DNA from: Actinomycetes bacterium
Lineage (GTDB): Bacteria; Actinomycetota; Acidimicrobiia; Acidimicrobiales; GCA-2861595
Assembly: GCA_023264975.1 (NCBI GenBank)
Contig: JAHFUS010000003.1
Span: forward strand, 26,921-90,920
Direction: 5' to 3'
Length of the DNA: 64,000 nucleotides
This document shows positions 1 to 8,485 of this stretch, piece by piece (the first letter of the stretch is position 1; each line of letters starts with the position of its first letter). The position numbers and the translations under genes were made by a program. The notes below the pieces were generated by a model, which was not told the DNA's origin, made no database searches, and saw only the letters and a program-made list of their open reading frames with translations.

Positions 1-142
1 CACGGATGGTGTCCCCGTCGACCACCCGCACGACGGTGGCCGTGCCCGGCGCCTGCGGGGTCGCCGGTTGCAGCCGGCTGCAGGCGCCGCCGCCGAGGAC
101 GGCGGCGACGGCAAGGGCGAGTACGGCGGCGGTGGACCTCAC
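1..142 (-). CDS. Exported lipoprotein, staphylococcal-nuclease (SNase/thermonuclease)-like; only the N-terminal 47 codons lie in the window
   Basis: The reverse complement of 1-142 starts with GTG (142-140) and reads VRSTAAVLALAVAAVLGGGACSRLQPATPQAPGTATVVRVVDGDTIR. This is a hydrophobic signal ending in a Cys (lipobox-like GGAC), followed by VVRVVDGDTI, the usual first strand of SNase-fold nucleases. It is truncated by the window edge and so absent from the ORF track. Confidence 0.45.
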   Translation of the reverse strand, partial: MRSTAAVLALAVAAVLGGGACSRLQPATPQAPGTATVVRVVDGDTIR

Positions 143-197
143 GGGCCCATTGTGGCGGCCGGGTGCGACAGGCTCCCGCCCGGTAGCGTTGCCCGGC

Positions 198-395
198 GTG
201 GGCGAGCTCTTTCTCGACGAGCGGGGCCAGGCCCTCCGGGTCACCTGGCACGCCGAAGCCGAGGTGGTGGTGCTGAGCGTGTGGCGGGCCGAGGAGTGCG
301 TCGGCACCGTGCGCCTGGCGGCCGACGAGGCACACCGCCTGGCCGCCTTCCTCGACGGTGTCATCGCCACGCCGGCGGAGGCACCCACGGCGTAG
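198..395 (+). CDS. Small hypothetical protein (65 aa)
   Basis: An in-frame GTG at 198 lies inside track ORF 6-395. The translation VGELFLDERGQALRVTWHAEAEVVVLSVWRAEECVGTVRLAADEAHRLAAFLDGVIATPAEAPTA is non-repetitive with high GC3. The upstream part of the ORF overlaps the divergent nuclease gene and looks like a shadow. No motif recognised. Confidence 0.35.
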   Translation: MGELFLDERGQALRVTWHAEAEVVVLSVWRAEECVGTVRLAADEAHRLAAFLDGVIATPAEAPTA

Positions 396-512
396 CCGCG
401 GGGCGGCCGTGCCGTACTGGGCGGGCGCCTCATACACCGCGCAACAGCGCGCCGCACATACTGCGCAACGGAAGGAGCTCCCGACGTTGGGGTTCGGGCC
501 GAGCAGCACAGG

Positions 513-650
513 TCAGGCGGCGGCCCTGCGGGTGGCCTCGACGAGGGCGGCCCTGGCCTCGGCCAGGCCCTGACGACCGAGGCGGCGGGTCTCCTCGTCG
601 AGGCGCCAGTCGATGGCGTTGTCATCGAGGAGCATGAGCTGTCGTTCCAT
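513..650 (-). CDS. Possible 45-aa small protein
   Basis: ATG (650-648) to TGA (515-513) reads MERQLMLLDDNAIDWRLDEETRRLGRQGLAEARAALVEATRRAAA. GC3 is high. It is below the ORF-track length cutoff. No motif recognised. Confidence 0.25.
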   Translation of the reverse strand: MERQLMLLDDNAIDWRLDEETRRLGRQGLAEARAALVEATRRAAA

Positions 651-864
651 GTGCCCGAGTATGAACGGGGGGTGTGACATTTAGGCCTCCCGGGTCGGTC
701 CGGGCCCTGCCCCCGCCCCGATCGGCCGTGGCGACATACCTCGCTCGGCGCCGCGCGTGCCACGATGGCGCCGTGCACCGAGCCCTGCATCGACCCGAGC
801 GCCCGTCCGACGAAGTCGTCGAGCGCGCAGTCCGCCCCCCCGGCCCGACCCCGGAGGCGAGGCG

Positions 865-1209
865 GTGACGCCCAAGGACCGCACGATCGCGGTGGGCCTC
901 GCCGTCGCCATCGGCCTGATCGGGATGCTCAGCTTCGCCCTCCTTCCGCTCAAGGCGGCCGGCGGGCTGAAGTGCGAGTCGCCCCTGAAGGGGGCCGACC
1001 CCAAGGAGAGGGCGACCCAGGGGTACCTGGTGGGCAGGGAGGACAAGGCCTGTAGCACCAAGAGCGGGAGCCGGATCACGATCGTGGGCATCGTGGGCGT
1101 GGTGTTCATCGCCTTCGCCGTCTCGGCCGTCGTCCTGCCCGAGAGCAACATCGAGCGCATCGCATTCGGGGGCGAGGACCCCGAGGACGTCTACGAGACC
1201 AACAACTGA
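865..1209 (+). CDS. Small membrane protein, two predicted TM helices
   Basis: GTG at 865 is in frame with track ORF 757-1209 and is preceded by GGAGG (853-857). There are two hydrophobic stretches (IAVGLAVAIGLIGMLSFALLPL and ITIVGIVGVVFIAFAVSAVVL) and an acidic C-terminus. Confidence 0.5.
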   Translation: MTPKDRTIAVGLAVAIGLIGMLSFALLPLKAAGGLKCESPLKGADPKERATQGYLVGREDKACSTKSGSRITIVGIVGVVFIAFAVSAVVLPESNIERIAFGGEDPEDVYETNN

Positions 1210-1278
1210 TCCTGCCGCCGGTTCTTTCCGACGTCTTGCAGGAAGCTGCCTAGCAGCGTCGAACATCTACCGGACCAG

Positions 1279-1914
1279 ATGCGACAGACCGGGAGTAGCG
1301 GGGACCGGTTCGCGAGCCTGGCCCGGAAGTCCGCCCTGTACGTGCTGGCGGGCGCCATCTGGGCGATGGTGTTCTGCGAGCCTGCGGGGGCGCCGTCTCA
1401 GTGGCAGGCGATGGTGGCCCGGCCTGTGAGCCCCTACGGCGAGATCAGCCGGGCCATGGCCGAGCGCACCGGCCAGTTGAGCGTGGCCGCCTCCCGGTCG
1501 GCGCCGCTCGTGGCGGTCGAAGAGGCGCCCGACATCGTGTGGCCGGCCCGGGGCGCCCTTACCGGTTGGTTCGGCGAGCGCCGGAGTGCCCACCGCCACC
1601 CGGGCGTCGACATCGACGGGGCGACGGGCGACGAGGTGGTGGCTGCCGCCGCCGGCCGCGTCATCGTGGCCGGCCCGGCGCCGGCCGGCTATGCCGGGTA
1701 CGGCACGGTGGTCATCATCGACCACGGCGAGGGCGTCACCAGCATCTCCGCCCACCTCTCCCGCACGGTGGTGAAGGCGGGCCAGGAGGTCGAGCCCGGC
1801 CAGCGCGTCGGCAGCGTGGGCACCAGCGGCAACGTCACCGGCTCCCATCTGCACTTCGAGCTCCGCAGGGGCGGCGTGGCGGTCGATCCGAAGGGCTGGC
1901 TACCCGGGCGCTGA
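1279..1914 (+). CDS. M23/LytM-family metallopeptidase
   Basis: Track ORF. M23 signatures are HRHPGVDID (HxxxD) and GSHLHFE (HxH), with GYGTVVIIDHGEGVTSISAHL between them. The N-terminal hydrophobic segment ALYVLAGAIWAMVF suggests export or anchoring. Confidence 0.85.
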   Translation: MRQTGSSGDRFASLARKSALYVLAGAIWAMVFCEPAGAPSQWQAMVARPVSPYGEISRAMAERTGQLSVAASRSAPLVAVEEAPDIVWPARGALTGWFGERRSAHRHPGVDIDGATGDEVVAAAAGRVIVAGPAPAGYAGYGTVVIIDHGEGVTSISAHLSRTVVKAGQEVEPGQRVGSVGTSGNVTGSHLHFELRRGGVAVDPKGWLPGR

Positions 1915-1955
1915 TCGCCGACGCCGCGTGAACGAGGGCGACATGGCCTGGGGGG

Positions 1956-2540
1956 TCACGCGGTCCGGCCAGGGCGCCGCACCAGGCCGGTGGGGCGCGG
2001 CGGCAGCGGCACGAGCCGGCGGCCCACCCGGCCGAGCACGGCGCCGAGGGCGGCCCCGGCGAGCACGTCGGAGGCGTGGTGGATGCGCACGTAGGCCCGG
2101 CTCGTGGACACCACGACGGCGAGGGCGTAGTACAGCGGCCACAACGGGTCGTCGTCGGCCAGCAGGGCGGCCACCGTGAAGGCGGCGGAGGCGTGCCCGC
2201 TGGGGAACGAACTGGTGCGGGGGCGGCGGAGGGGGTGAGGGCGGTCGCCCTCGAACGCCGGCCGCGAGCGGCGGAACAGCGACTTGATACCCACGTTGAC
2301 CAGGGCCGACTCGGCGAACACGCCGGCGCCCACCCGCATGGCGGCATACCAGTCGTGCTCCGAGCGCAGGCCCCGCAGCGCCCCGAGGATGAGCCAGCCC
2401 ACGCTGTGGTCGAACACGGCGGAGGCCCCGTAGAAGACCCGGTCGGCAGCGGCGTGGCCGCGGAGGTGGTCGAGGGCGGCGTCGGCCCACGCGTCGAAGT
2501 CGGCGACGCCCCGGCGGGCGTGTCGGGAGAGCAATGGCAC
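1956..2540 (-). CDS. PAP2-family (acid phosphatase / lipid phosphate phosphatase) membrane protein
   Basis: All three PAP2 motifs are present in order: KSLFRRSRP, PSGH and SRAYVRIHHASD. There are several hydrophobic segments. Confidence 0.85.
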   Translation of the reverse strand: MPLLSRHARRGVADFDAWADAALDHLRGHAAADRVFYGASAVFDHSVGWLILGALRGLRSEHDWYAAMRVGAGVFAESALVNVGIKSLFRRSRPAFEGDRPHPLRRPRTSSFPSGHASAAFTVAALLADDDPLWPLYYALAVVVSTSRAYVRIHHASDVLAGAALGAVLGRVGRRLVPLPPRPTGLVRRPGRTA

Positions 2541-2715
2541 GGGGCCGGAAGTCCCGCCTCTCAGCCGGCGACGGCGCCGGCGAGCACGCCGCTCGCCGGT
2601 CGGGGGTCGCCGCCGATCGCCGGGCGGTAGTCCTTGAACGACGCCACCCGCGAGGGCGACAGCGAGGTGGGAAGCGGCGACGCCATCGAAGGCAGGCTAG
2701 GCGGCGGTGAGACGG

Positions 2716-3558
2716 TCAGAGGCGTCCGAAGGCGGTGGCCACGGCCTGCGCCACCAGGTCGGGGTCTTCGAGGGGGGCCAGGTGCCCGACGCCGGGGAGG
2801 ACGTCGACCCGCCCGTTCGGAAGACGTTCGGCCCAGGCCTCCAGCACGCCGGCCGGAACGGCGACGGAGGCGTCACCCCGCGCCAGCACGACGGGGCAGC
2901 GGACGTCGCCCAGGCGCCGGCGCACGTCGTGGGCGAAGCCGTACTCATACATGTGGGCCTCGTGTTCGGGCCGGCACTTGAGGCGGACGGAGCCGTCCTC
3001 GGCGTCGGCGAACCCGTGCTCCACGTAGGCATGCAGCCCCTCGGGCGACAGGGCGGACAGGGGCGGCTTGGCGCCGTAGGTCGCTTCCGCCTCCTCCCGG
3101 GAGGCGAACGCGGCGCGCCGGCGCCGGGCCCCGACGGCCATGGGGCGGTCGGGCATGGGCGGGTAGTCGTCGTCGGTCGGCGGCCCGATCGGCTCGAAGC
3201 AGTAGAGGGCGGAGAACGTGCCGGGCCGGGCCGCCTCGGCCAGGAGCAGGGCGGTTGCGCCGCTCGAATGGGCGAGCCCGAGGGGCCGGTCGAGCCCGAG
3301 GGCGTCGACCACCGCCAGCGCGTCCCGGGCCAGCGTCGCCCAGTCCCAGCCATCGGCCGGGTCGCCCTCGACGACGGAGTCGCCGTGGCCGCGCACGTCG
3401 TAGGCGATGCAGTGGAAGCGGTCCGCCAGCCGGCGGGCGACGGGCTCCCACGCCCGCCCGTGGAACCCGGCGGCGTGGGCGAGGAAGACGTCGGGGCCGC
3501 TCCCGCCAAGGTCGTGCACGGCGATCGCAGGCCCACCGGGCACGGGGACGGTGCGCAT
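2716..3558 (-). CDS. Alpha/beta-fold hydrolase
   Basis: HG oxyanion region (VFLAHAAGFHG), nucleophile elbow LAHSSGA, and a C-terminal GVGHLAPLEDP histidine motif. Length 280 aa. Confidence 0.85.
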   Translation of the reverse strand: MRTVPVPGGPAIAVHDLGGSGPDVFLAHAAGFHGRAWEPVARRLADRFHCIAYDVRGHGDSVVEGDPADGWDWATLARDALAVVDALGLDRPLGLAHSSGATALLLAEAARPGTFSALYCFEPIGPPTDDDYPPMPDRPMAVGARRRRAAFASREEAEATYGAKPPLSALSPEGLHAYVEHGFADAEDGSVRLKCRPEHEAHMYEYGFAHDVRRRLGDVRCPVVLARGDASVAVPAGVLEAWAERLPNGRVDVLPGVGHLAPLEDPDLVAQAVATAFGRL

Positions 3559-3615
3559 CGGGCGAAGCTACCCCCGCGGGTGGTCCGCTCGGCGAAGGGA
3601 GGCCGCTAGCCTCCC

Positions 3616-4029
3616 ATGGTGGACTCCACCACCGAGGTGCGAGACGCCAACCGGGCCTTTTACGAGGCCTTCGAGGCGCGCGACCTCGACGCCATGTCGG
3701 GCGTGTGGGAGCGTTCCGAGCGGGCGCTGTGCACCCATCCCGGCTGGGCGACCCTCCAGGGGTGGGGGGCGGTGGCGTCGTCGTTCTTCGCCCTCTTCCA
3801 GAACGCGCAGTCGCTCCAGTTCGTGCTCACCGAGGAGCGGGTGCAGGTGCAGGACGGGGTGGCGTGGGTGACCGTCGACGAGAACCTGCTGGGGGACCAG
3901 GGCGGCTCAACGGTGGCGGCCGTGAACGTGTTCGTGCGTGACGCGGCCGGGGGTGGGTGGCGGCTGGTGTGCCACCACGGTTCGCTGGTCAGCTCCAGCA
4001 CGCCGTCAGAGGGCGACGAGAGCGGCTAG
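3616..4029 (+). CDS. SnoaL/NTF2-like (DUF4440-type) small protein
   Basis: The N-terminal ANRAFYEAFEARDLDAMSGVWE and C-terminal GGWRLVCHHGS patterns are typical of the NTF2-like fold family. Length 137 aa. The 3' end overlaps the convergent DUF72 gene by 24 nt. Confidence 0.7.
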   Translation: MVDSTTEVRDANRAFYEAFEARDLDAMSGVWERSERALCTHPGWATLQGWGAVASSFFALFQNAQSLQFVLTEERVQVQDGVAWVTVDENLLGDQGGSTVAAVNVFVRDAAGGGWRLVCHHGSLVSSSTPSEGDESG

Positions 4030-4890
4030 CTCCGCCGCGTTGGACACGGCGTCGTCGCGCCAGCAGTTGGAGAACAGCACGTGCACCTCGGCCGCGCCCG
4101 CGGCCAGCTCCCGGATCGGCTCCACCCACGCCGCCAGCTCGTCGGCCGGGTACCTGTAGGCGTAGCGCTCGCCGATCTCCAGATCGGGCTCGTCCCAGTT
4201 TCCCGGATTGCGGCCACCGAAGCGCACCACGGCCAGATCGCTGGTGGTGGCCACCACCGGCGGGCCCTGTCTCGGGTCCACACATACGAACCCGAGGTCC
4301 TGCTCCTCCAGGAACTCCAGTGTGGACTCGCACTCCCGGGCCTCGAGCCACCGCCGGTGGGTGAGCTCCACCGCCAGCGCCATGGCCGGAAGCTCCGCAC
4401 GCGCCTCGGCCAGCAGCCTGCGGCCGGTGTCGCCCGGCGGCAGCCACGCCGGGTACCGCAGGATCACGGCGCCGAGGCGGCCGTTGGCGGCGAGCGGCGC
4501 CAGGGCGTGGCGGAAGCGGGCCCACGCCTCCTGGCGGCCGGCCGGGGACAGGTGGTTGAGGTACAGCCGCCGACGGTCGCGGAGCTCGGGTCGCACCTCC
4601 TCGCGCAGGTCCTCCCACAGCGAGTCGGGTAGTGCGGCGCCACCGCACAGAAGCGTCCAGGCGGCCACGTCGATGGTGAAGTCGGCCGGCGTGCGGTCGA
4701 CCCACTGGCGGGACAGGTCAGGGGTGGGCGGGAAGCGCGCGGTGGCGTCGATCTCCACCAGCGGGAACTGCGCCGCGTAGTAGGCGATCCGCTCGGCCGC
4801 CTTCATCGAGCGCTTGGGGTACCAGCCGCTCTCGTGCACCAGCGTCCGCTCGGACCACGAGCTCGTGCCCACCAGGATGCGGGCGGTCAA
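4006..4890 (-). CDS. DUF72 (UPF0759) family protein
   Basis: This is the C-terminal 294 aa of track ORF 4006-6090. It starts at TTG (4890-4888), giving LTARILVGTSSWS, the canonical DUF72 N-terminus (IGTSGW). The TTGA overlap with the stop of the upstream oxidoreductase suggests translational coupling. Confidence 0.8.
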   Translation of the reverse strand: MTARILVGTSSWSERTLVHESGWYPKRSMKAAERIAYYAAQFPLVEIDATARFPPTPDLSRQWVDRTPADFTIDVAAWTLLCGGAALPDSLWEDLREEVRPELRDRRRLYLNHLSPAGRQEAWARFRHALAPLAANGRLGAVILRYPAWLPPGDTGRRLLAEARAELPAMALAVELTHRRWLEARECESTLEFLEEQDLGFVCVDPRQGPPVVATTSDLAVVRFGGRNPGNWDEPDLEIGERYAYRYPADELAAWVEPIRELAAGAAEVHVLFSNCWRDDAVSNAAELAALVAL

Positions 4891-6470
4891 GCGCGGCGCT
4901 TGCTCCCGAGGCGCAACCGGTCGCCCAGCAGGGCGGCCCGCGCCGCGTTCGCCCCGCACGCGCCGTGCACCCCACCGCCGGGATGGGCGGACGCAGAGCC
5001 GAGGTAGAGGCCCCGCACCGGCGTCTCGGCCCGGCCCAGGCCGGCGACGGGACGGAACACCAGCTGTTGGTGCAGCTGCCCGGTGCCGCCGTTGGTGGCC
5101 CCCCCGACCAGGTTGGCGTCGGCCGCCTCCATGCTGCGCGGCGTGAGGACGTGCCGCCCCCGGACGAGGGACCGGAAGCCGGGCGCCAGCAGCTCGATCT
5201 CCGCCTCCACCCTGTCGGCCATGGCGTCGGCCTCCGCCGTGTCCCACACGCCGGTGATGCCGCTGTCGCCTGCATCGCCCCGCACGTGCTGGGGCACGTG
5301 GGTGTAGGCCCACGCCACCTCCTTGCCGGCCGGGGCGCGGCTCGGGTCGGCGAGGCCCTGCTGGCCCACGATGAGGAACAGGGGGTCCGGGACCAGACCC
5401 ACGGCCAGCTGGGCGGCCTGCACGGTGAGGGCGTCCACGCTGTCGCAGACGTGTACTGTGCCCGCCCGCCGGGCGTCGTCTGCTTCCCACTGGATGGGTC
5501 CGTCGAGGGTCCAGTCCACCTTCACCGTGGCGTGGTCCCACTCGAAGTGCCGCACGGCCTGCACGAACCCCGCCGGCAGGTGGTCCGGGCCCACCAGGTC
5601 GAGGAAGAGGGCAGGGGCGGCCACGTCGGCCACCACCGCCCGGGTGGCGTCGATCTCGACCCCCGCGGCGGTGCGCACCGCCACTGCCCGGCGCCCTCGC
5701 ACCACCACCGACGCCACGGGCGACGAGCATTCGATGCGCCCACCCGCGTTCTGCAGCCGGGCCACCAGGGCATCGGTGAGCCGGCCCGCCCCGCCCTCGG
5801 GCACCGGCCATCCCACGTCCTGGCCGAGGGCGGCCAGCAGCCAGCCCACCACGGCGCCGATGGACGACTCCGGGAACAGGTCGGTGTGCAGCGCGCAACC
5901 GGCAAGGAGTCGCCGTCCCTCCTCGCCGGCGAACGTCTCCTCGCCCAACCGGCGCACCGACAGGGTGAGGAAGCGGGTCAGGTCGCCCAGGTCGGAGCGG
6001 CGCTGGGCCCCCAGCAGCTTGAGGCTGCCCCGCACCGGCGGGAACGGCCGCAGGACGCAGTCGAGCAGCGGCCCGCCCATGCGCTCCCACCGCCCGTAGA
6101 GGCGCCGCCAGCCGTCCCCGTCACCCGGGGTGTGGCGGTCGAGGGCGGCGGCCGTCTCGTCGATGTCCGTCGACAGCACGGCGCACGTGCCGTCGGTCGC
6201 CGGGTGGGCCAGCGCCAGGGGGGCCCGCTTCCAGCGCAGGCCGAAGGCGCCGAGGTCGAGGTCGCGCAGGACGGGGGACGCCACGCCGAGCGGGTAGAAG
6301 GCGCTGAAGACGTCGTTCACGAAGCCCGGCTCCACCAGCTCGGCCGACTTCACCGCCCCGCCGGGCACCTCCTGGGCCTCGAGCACCACCACGTCCCAGC
6401 CGCGGTCGGCCAGCAGGTTGGCCGCCACCAGGCCGTTGGGCCCGGCGCCGATCACCACCGCATCGGGCAC
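4887..6470 (-). CDS. FAD-dependent oxidoreductase, phytoene-desaturase (CrtI/CrtD-like) family
   Basis: GTG start at 6470 gives VPDAVVIGAGPNGLVAANLLADRGWDVVVLEA (Rossmann GxGxxG followed by an acidic residue). The C-terminal GLYLGSASAHPGGGVHGACG is typical of this family. Only the last 527 aa of track ORF 4887-8015 are credible. Confidence 0.8.
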   Translation of the reverse strand: MPDAVVIGAGPNGLVAANLLADRGWDVVVLEAQEVPGGAVKSAELVEPGFVNDVFSAFYPLGVASPVLRDLDLGAFGLRWKRAPLALAHPATDGTCAVLSTDIDETAAALDRHTPGDGDGWRRLYGRWERMGGPLLDCVLRPFPPVRGSLKLLGAQRRSDLGDLTRFLTLSVRRLGEETFAGEEGRRLLAGCALHTDLFPESSIGAVVGWLLAALGQDVGWPVPEGGAGRLTDALVARLQNAGGRIECSSPVASVVVRGRRAVAVRTAAGVEIDATRAVVADVAAPALFLDLVGPDHLPAGFVQAVRHFEWDHATVKVDWTLDGPIQWEADDARRAGTVHVCDSVDALTVQAAQLAVGLVPDPLFLIVGQQGLADPSRAPAGKEVAWAYTHVPQHVRGDAGDSGITGVWDTAEADAMADRVEAEIELLAPGFRSLVRGRHVLTPRSMEAADANLVGGATNGGTGQLHQQLVFRPVAGLGRAETPVRGLYLGSASAHPGGGVHGACGANAARAALLGDRLRLGSKRRA

Positions 6471-6497
6471 AGGCCGAGCGTAGGGGAGACTGCGGGA

Positions 6498-8399
6498 ATG
6501 ACAGACGGGCGCGCGTGGGGCGTGCAGCACGGCTACCACGACGACCGGGGCACCTGGCACGACGTGGCGCCCGGGACGGTCGACGCCGTGCTCGACGCCA
6601 TGGGCGCCGGCGACCACCCGCCGGCGCCCATGTCGGCGGCGCCAGGCCCCGACTGCCCGGTGCTGGTGGTCGACGAGGGCGAGAAGGCCGAGGTCCCCGG
6701 CCGCTGGCTGCTGCACACCGAGGACGGCGGCCAGGCCGAGGTCGAGGGCGGCCTGCCGCCGGGCCTGCCGCTCGGGTACCACCGCCTCACCCGCGCCGAC
6801 GACGGCTTCGTGGCCCGCCTCGTGGTGGCGCCGCCCGCCTGCCACCTGCCCCCCGGGCTGCGGGTGTGGGGGTGGGCGGTGCAGCTGTACGCGGCCCGCT
6901 CCCGGGCCAGCTGGGGGATGGGTGATTTGGGTGACCTGGCCCGCATCGGCCGGTGGTCGGCCGCGCACGGCGCCGGCATGGCCATGATCAACCCGCTGCA
7001 CGCAGCCATGCCCACCGGTCCGCAGCAGACCAGCCCGTACTCCCCGTCGAGCCGCAGCTGGCGCAACCCGATGTACCTGCGGCTCGAGGACGTGCCCGGC
7101 TACGCCGGCCTGGACGACGCGCCCGAAGGCGTCGATCTGGCCCGGCTGGCCTACGACGCCCGGGTGCTGAACGACGACCGCCTCATCGACCGCGACAAGG
7201 TGTGGTCCTGCAAGTCGCCCGCGTTGGAGTGGCTTTGGAAGCGCTTCCGGGATTCCGGCGGTGACCCCGCCTTCGACCGCTTCTGCGACGAGCACGGCGC
7301 CTCCCTCGCCGCTTACGCCGCCTTCTGCGCCCTGTCCGAGCGCCACGGCGTGCCGTGGACGGCCTGGCCGGCGGAGTTGCGCGACCCGGAGGGCGCCGGC
7401 GTGCTCGCCTTCGTCGCCGAGGAGCGCGACCGGATCCGGTACCACCAGTGGCTCCAGTGGTTGGTGGACGGCCAGTTGCGCCGGGCCGCCCAGGAGATCG
7501 ACGTGGTGCAGGACCTGGCCATCGGCGTCGACCCGGCGGGCGCCGACGCCTGGCTGTGGCAGGACGTCTTCGCCCTCGGCGTGCGGGTGGGCGCCCCGCC
7601 CGACGAGTTCACCGCGTCCGGCCAGGACTGGGGCCTCCCGCCGATGGACCCGTGGCGCCTCAGGGCCGCCGGCTACCAGCCCTTCATCACGACCGTGCGG
7701 TCCATGCTCCGCCATGGCGGCGGCGTGCGCATCGACCACGTGATGGGCCTGTTCCGCCTGTTCTGGATCCCGCCCGGCCGCTCGCCGGCCGAGGGCGCCT
7801 ACGTGGAATACCCGTGGCGTGACCTGCTCGGCATCCTCGCCCTGGAGAGCACGCGCGCCGGCGCGTGGGTGGTGGGGGAGGACCTCGGCACGGTCGAACC
7901 GTTCGTGCGCGAGGAGCTGGCCCGCCGCAACGTCCTGTCCTACCGGCTGGCCTGGTTCGAGGACGTCCCACCCCGCCACTTCCCCCGCCAGGCCATGGCC
8001 GCCGTCACCACCCACGACCTGCCCACCATCGCCGGCCTGTGGACCGGGTGCGACCTCGAGGAGCAGGAGCGCATCGGCCAGGCGCCCAATGTGGAGTCCA
8101 CCCTCGCCATCCGCCGGCGCCTCCAGCAGTGGGCCGGCGTAGCGGACGACGCGCCTGTCGACGAGGTCGTGCGCCGCACCTACGAGCTGCTGGCCGAGGC
8201 CCCTAGCGCGGTGGTGGCGGCCACCCTGGACGACGCCCTAGGCGTCTGTGAGCGCCCCAACCTCCCGGGCACGGTCTCGGAGCGCCCCAACTGGTGCCTC
8301 GCCCTCCCCGTCCCCCTCGACGAGGTGGAGAGTGACCCACGCGTGGCCGCAGTGGCCGAGGCGCTCTCGCAGGGCCGCCCCCCGCAGCCCTGCGCGTAG
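6498..8399 (+). CDS. malQ: 4-alpha-glucanotransferase (amylomaltase, GH77)
   Basis: ATG at 6498 within track ORF 4965-8399. GH77 hallmarks: GWAVQLYAARS, SPYSPSSR, GVRIDHVMGLFRLFWIP, VVGEDLGTV, THDLPT. Confidence 0.9.
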   Translation: MTDGRAWGVQHGYHDDRGTWHDVAPGTVDAVLDAMGAGDHPPAPMSAAPGPDCPVLVVDEGEKAEVPGRWLLHTEDGGQAEVEGGLPPGLPLGYHRLTRADDGFVARLVVAPPACHLPPGLRVWGWAVQLYAARSRASWGMGDLGDLARIGRWSAAHGAGMAMINPLHAAMPTGPQQTSPYSPSSRSWRNPMYLRLEDVPGYAGLDDAPEGVDLARLAYDARVLNDDRLIDRDKVWSCKSPALEWLWKRFRDSGGDPAFDRFCDEHGASLAAYAAFCALSERHGVPWTAWPAELRDPEGAGVLAFVAEERDRIRYHQWLQWLVDGQLRRAAQEIDVVQDLAIGVDPAGADAWLWQDVFALGVRVGAPPDEFTASGQDWGLPPMDPWRLRAAGYQPFITTVRSMLRHGGGVRIDHVMGLFRLFWIPPGRSPAEGAYVEYPWRDLLGILALESTRAGAWVVGEDLGTVEPFVREELARRNVLSYRLAWFEDVPPRHFPRQAMAAVTTHDLPTIAGLWTGCDLEEQERIGQAPNVESTLAIRRRLQQWAGVADDAPVDEVVRRTYELLAEAPSAVVAATLDDALGVCERPNLPGTVSERPNWCLALPVPLDEVESDPRVAAVAEALSQGRPPQPCA

Positions 8400-8412
8400 C
8401 CCAGCCGGCGTT

Positions 8413-8456
8413 CTGGTACCGGAAATCGACCGCCACCGGTCGATTTCCGGTACCAG
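8413..8456. terminator. Perfect 20-bp-stem / 4-nt-loop hairpin between malQ and the ligase gene
   Basis: CTGGTACCGGAAATCGACCG-CCAC-CGGTCGATTTCCGGTACCAG. I verified this base by base. There is no U-tract, as is common in high-GC actinobacteria. Confidence 0.6.
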
Positions 8457-8485
8457 ATGGCGGTGGCGCCTAGGTTCGCGGGCCA

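Noticed and set aside
2561-2686. A 41-aa minus-strand ORF, MASPLPTSLSPSRVASFKDYRPAIGG..., whose start resembles the N-terminus (LSPSR..DF..CP) of actinobacterial RecB-family PD-(D/E)XK nucleases.
   Set aside because: Only about 12 residues resemble that family, and the diagnostic CPL motif is missing. It is too short to separate a gene remnant from chance.
4965-6497. Long N-terminal extension of the malQ ORF (track ORF 4965-8399), and likewise the extension of the oxidoreductase ORF up to 8015.
   Set aside because: These are Arg/Gly/His-rich and overlap well-supported genes on the opposite strand. The recognisable MalQ sequence begins at ATG 6498, and the CrtI-like Rossmann motif begins at GTG 6470.
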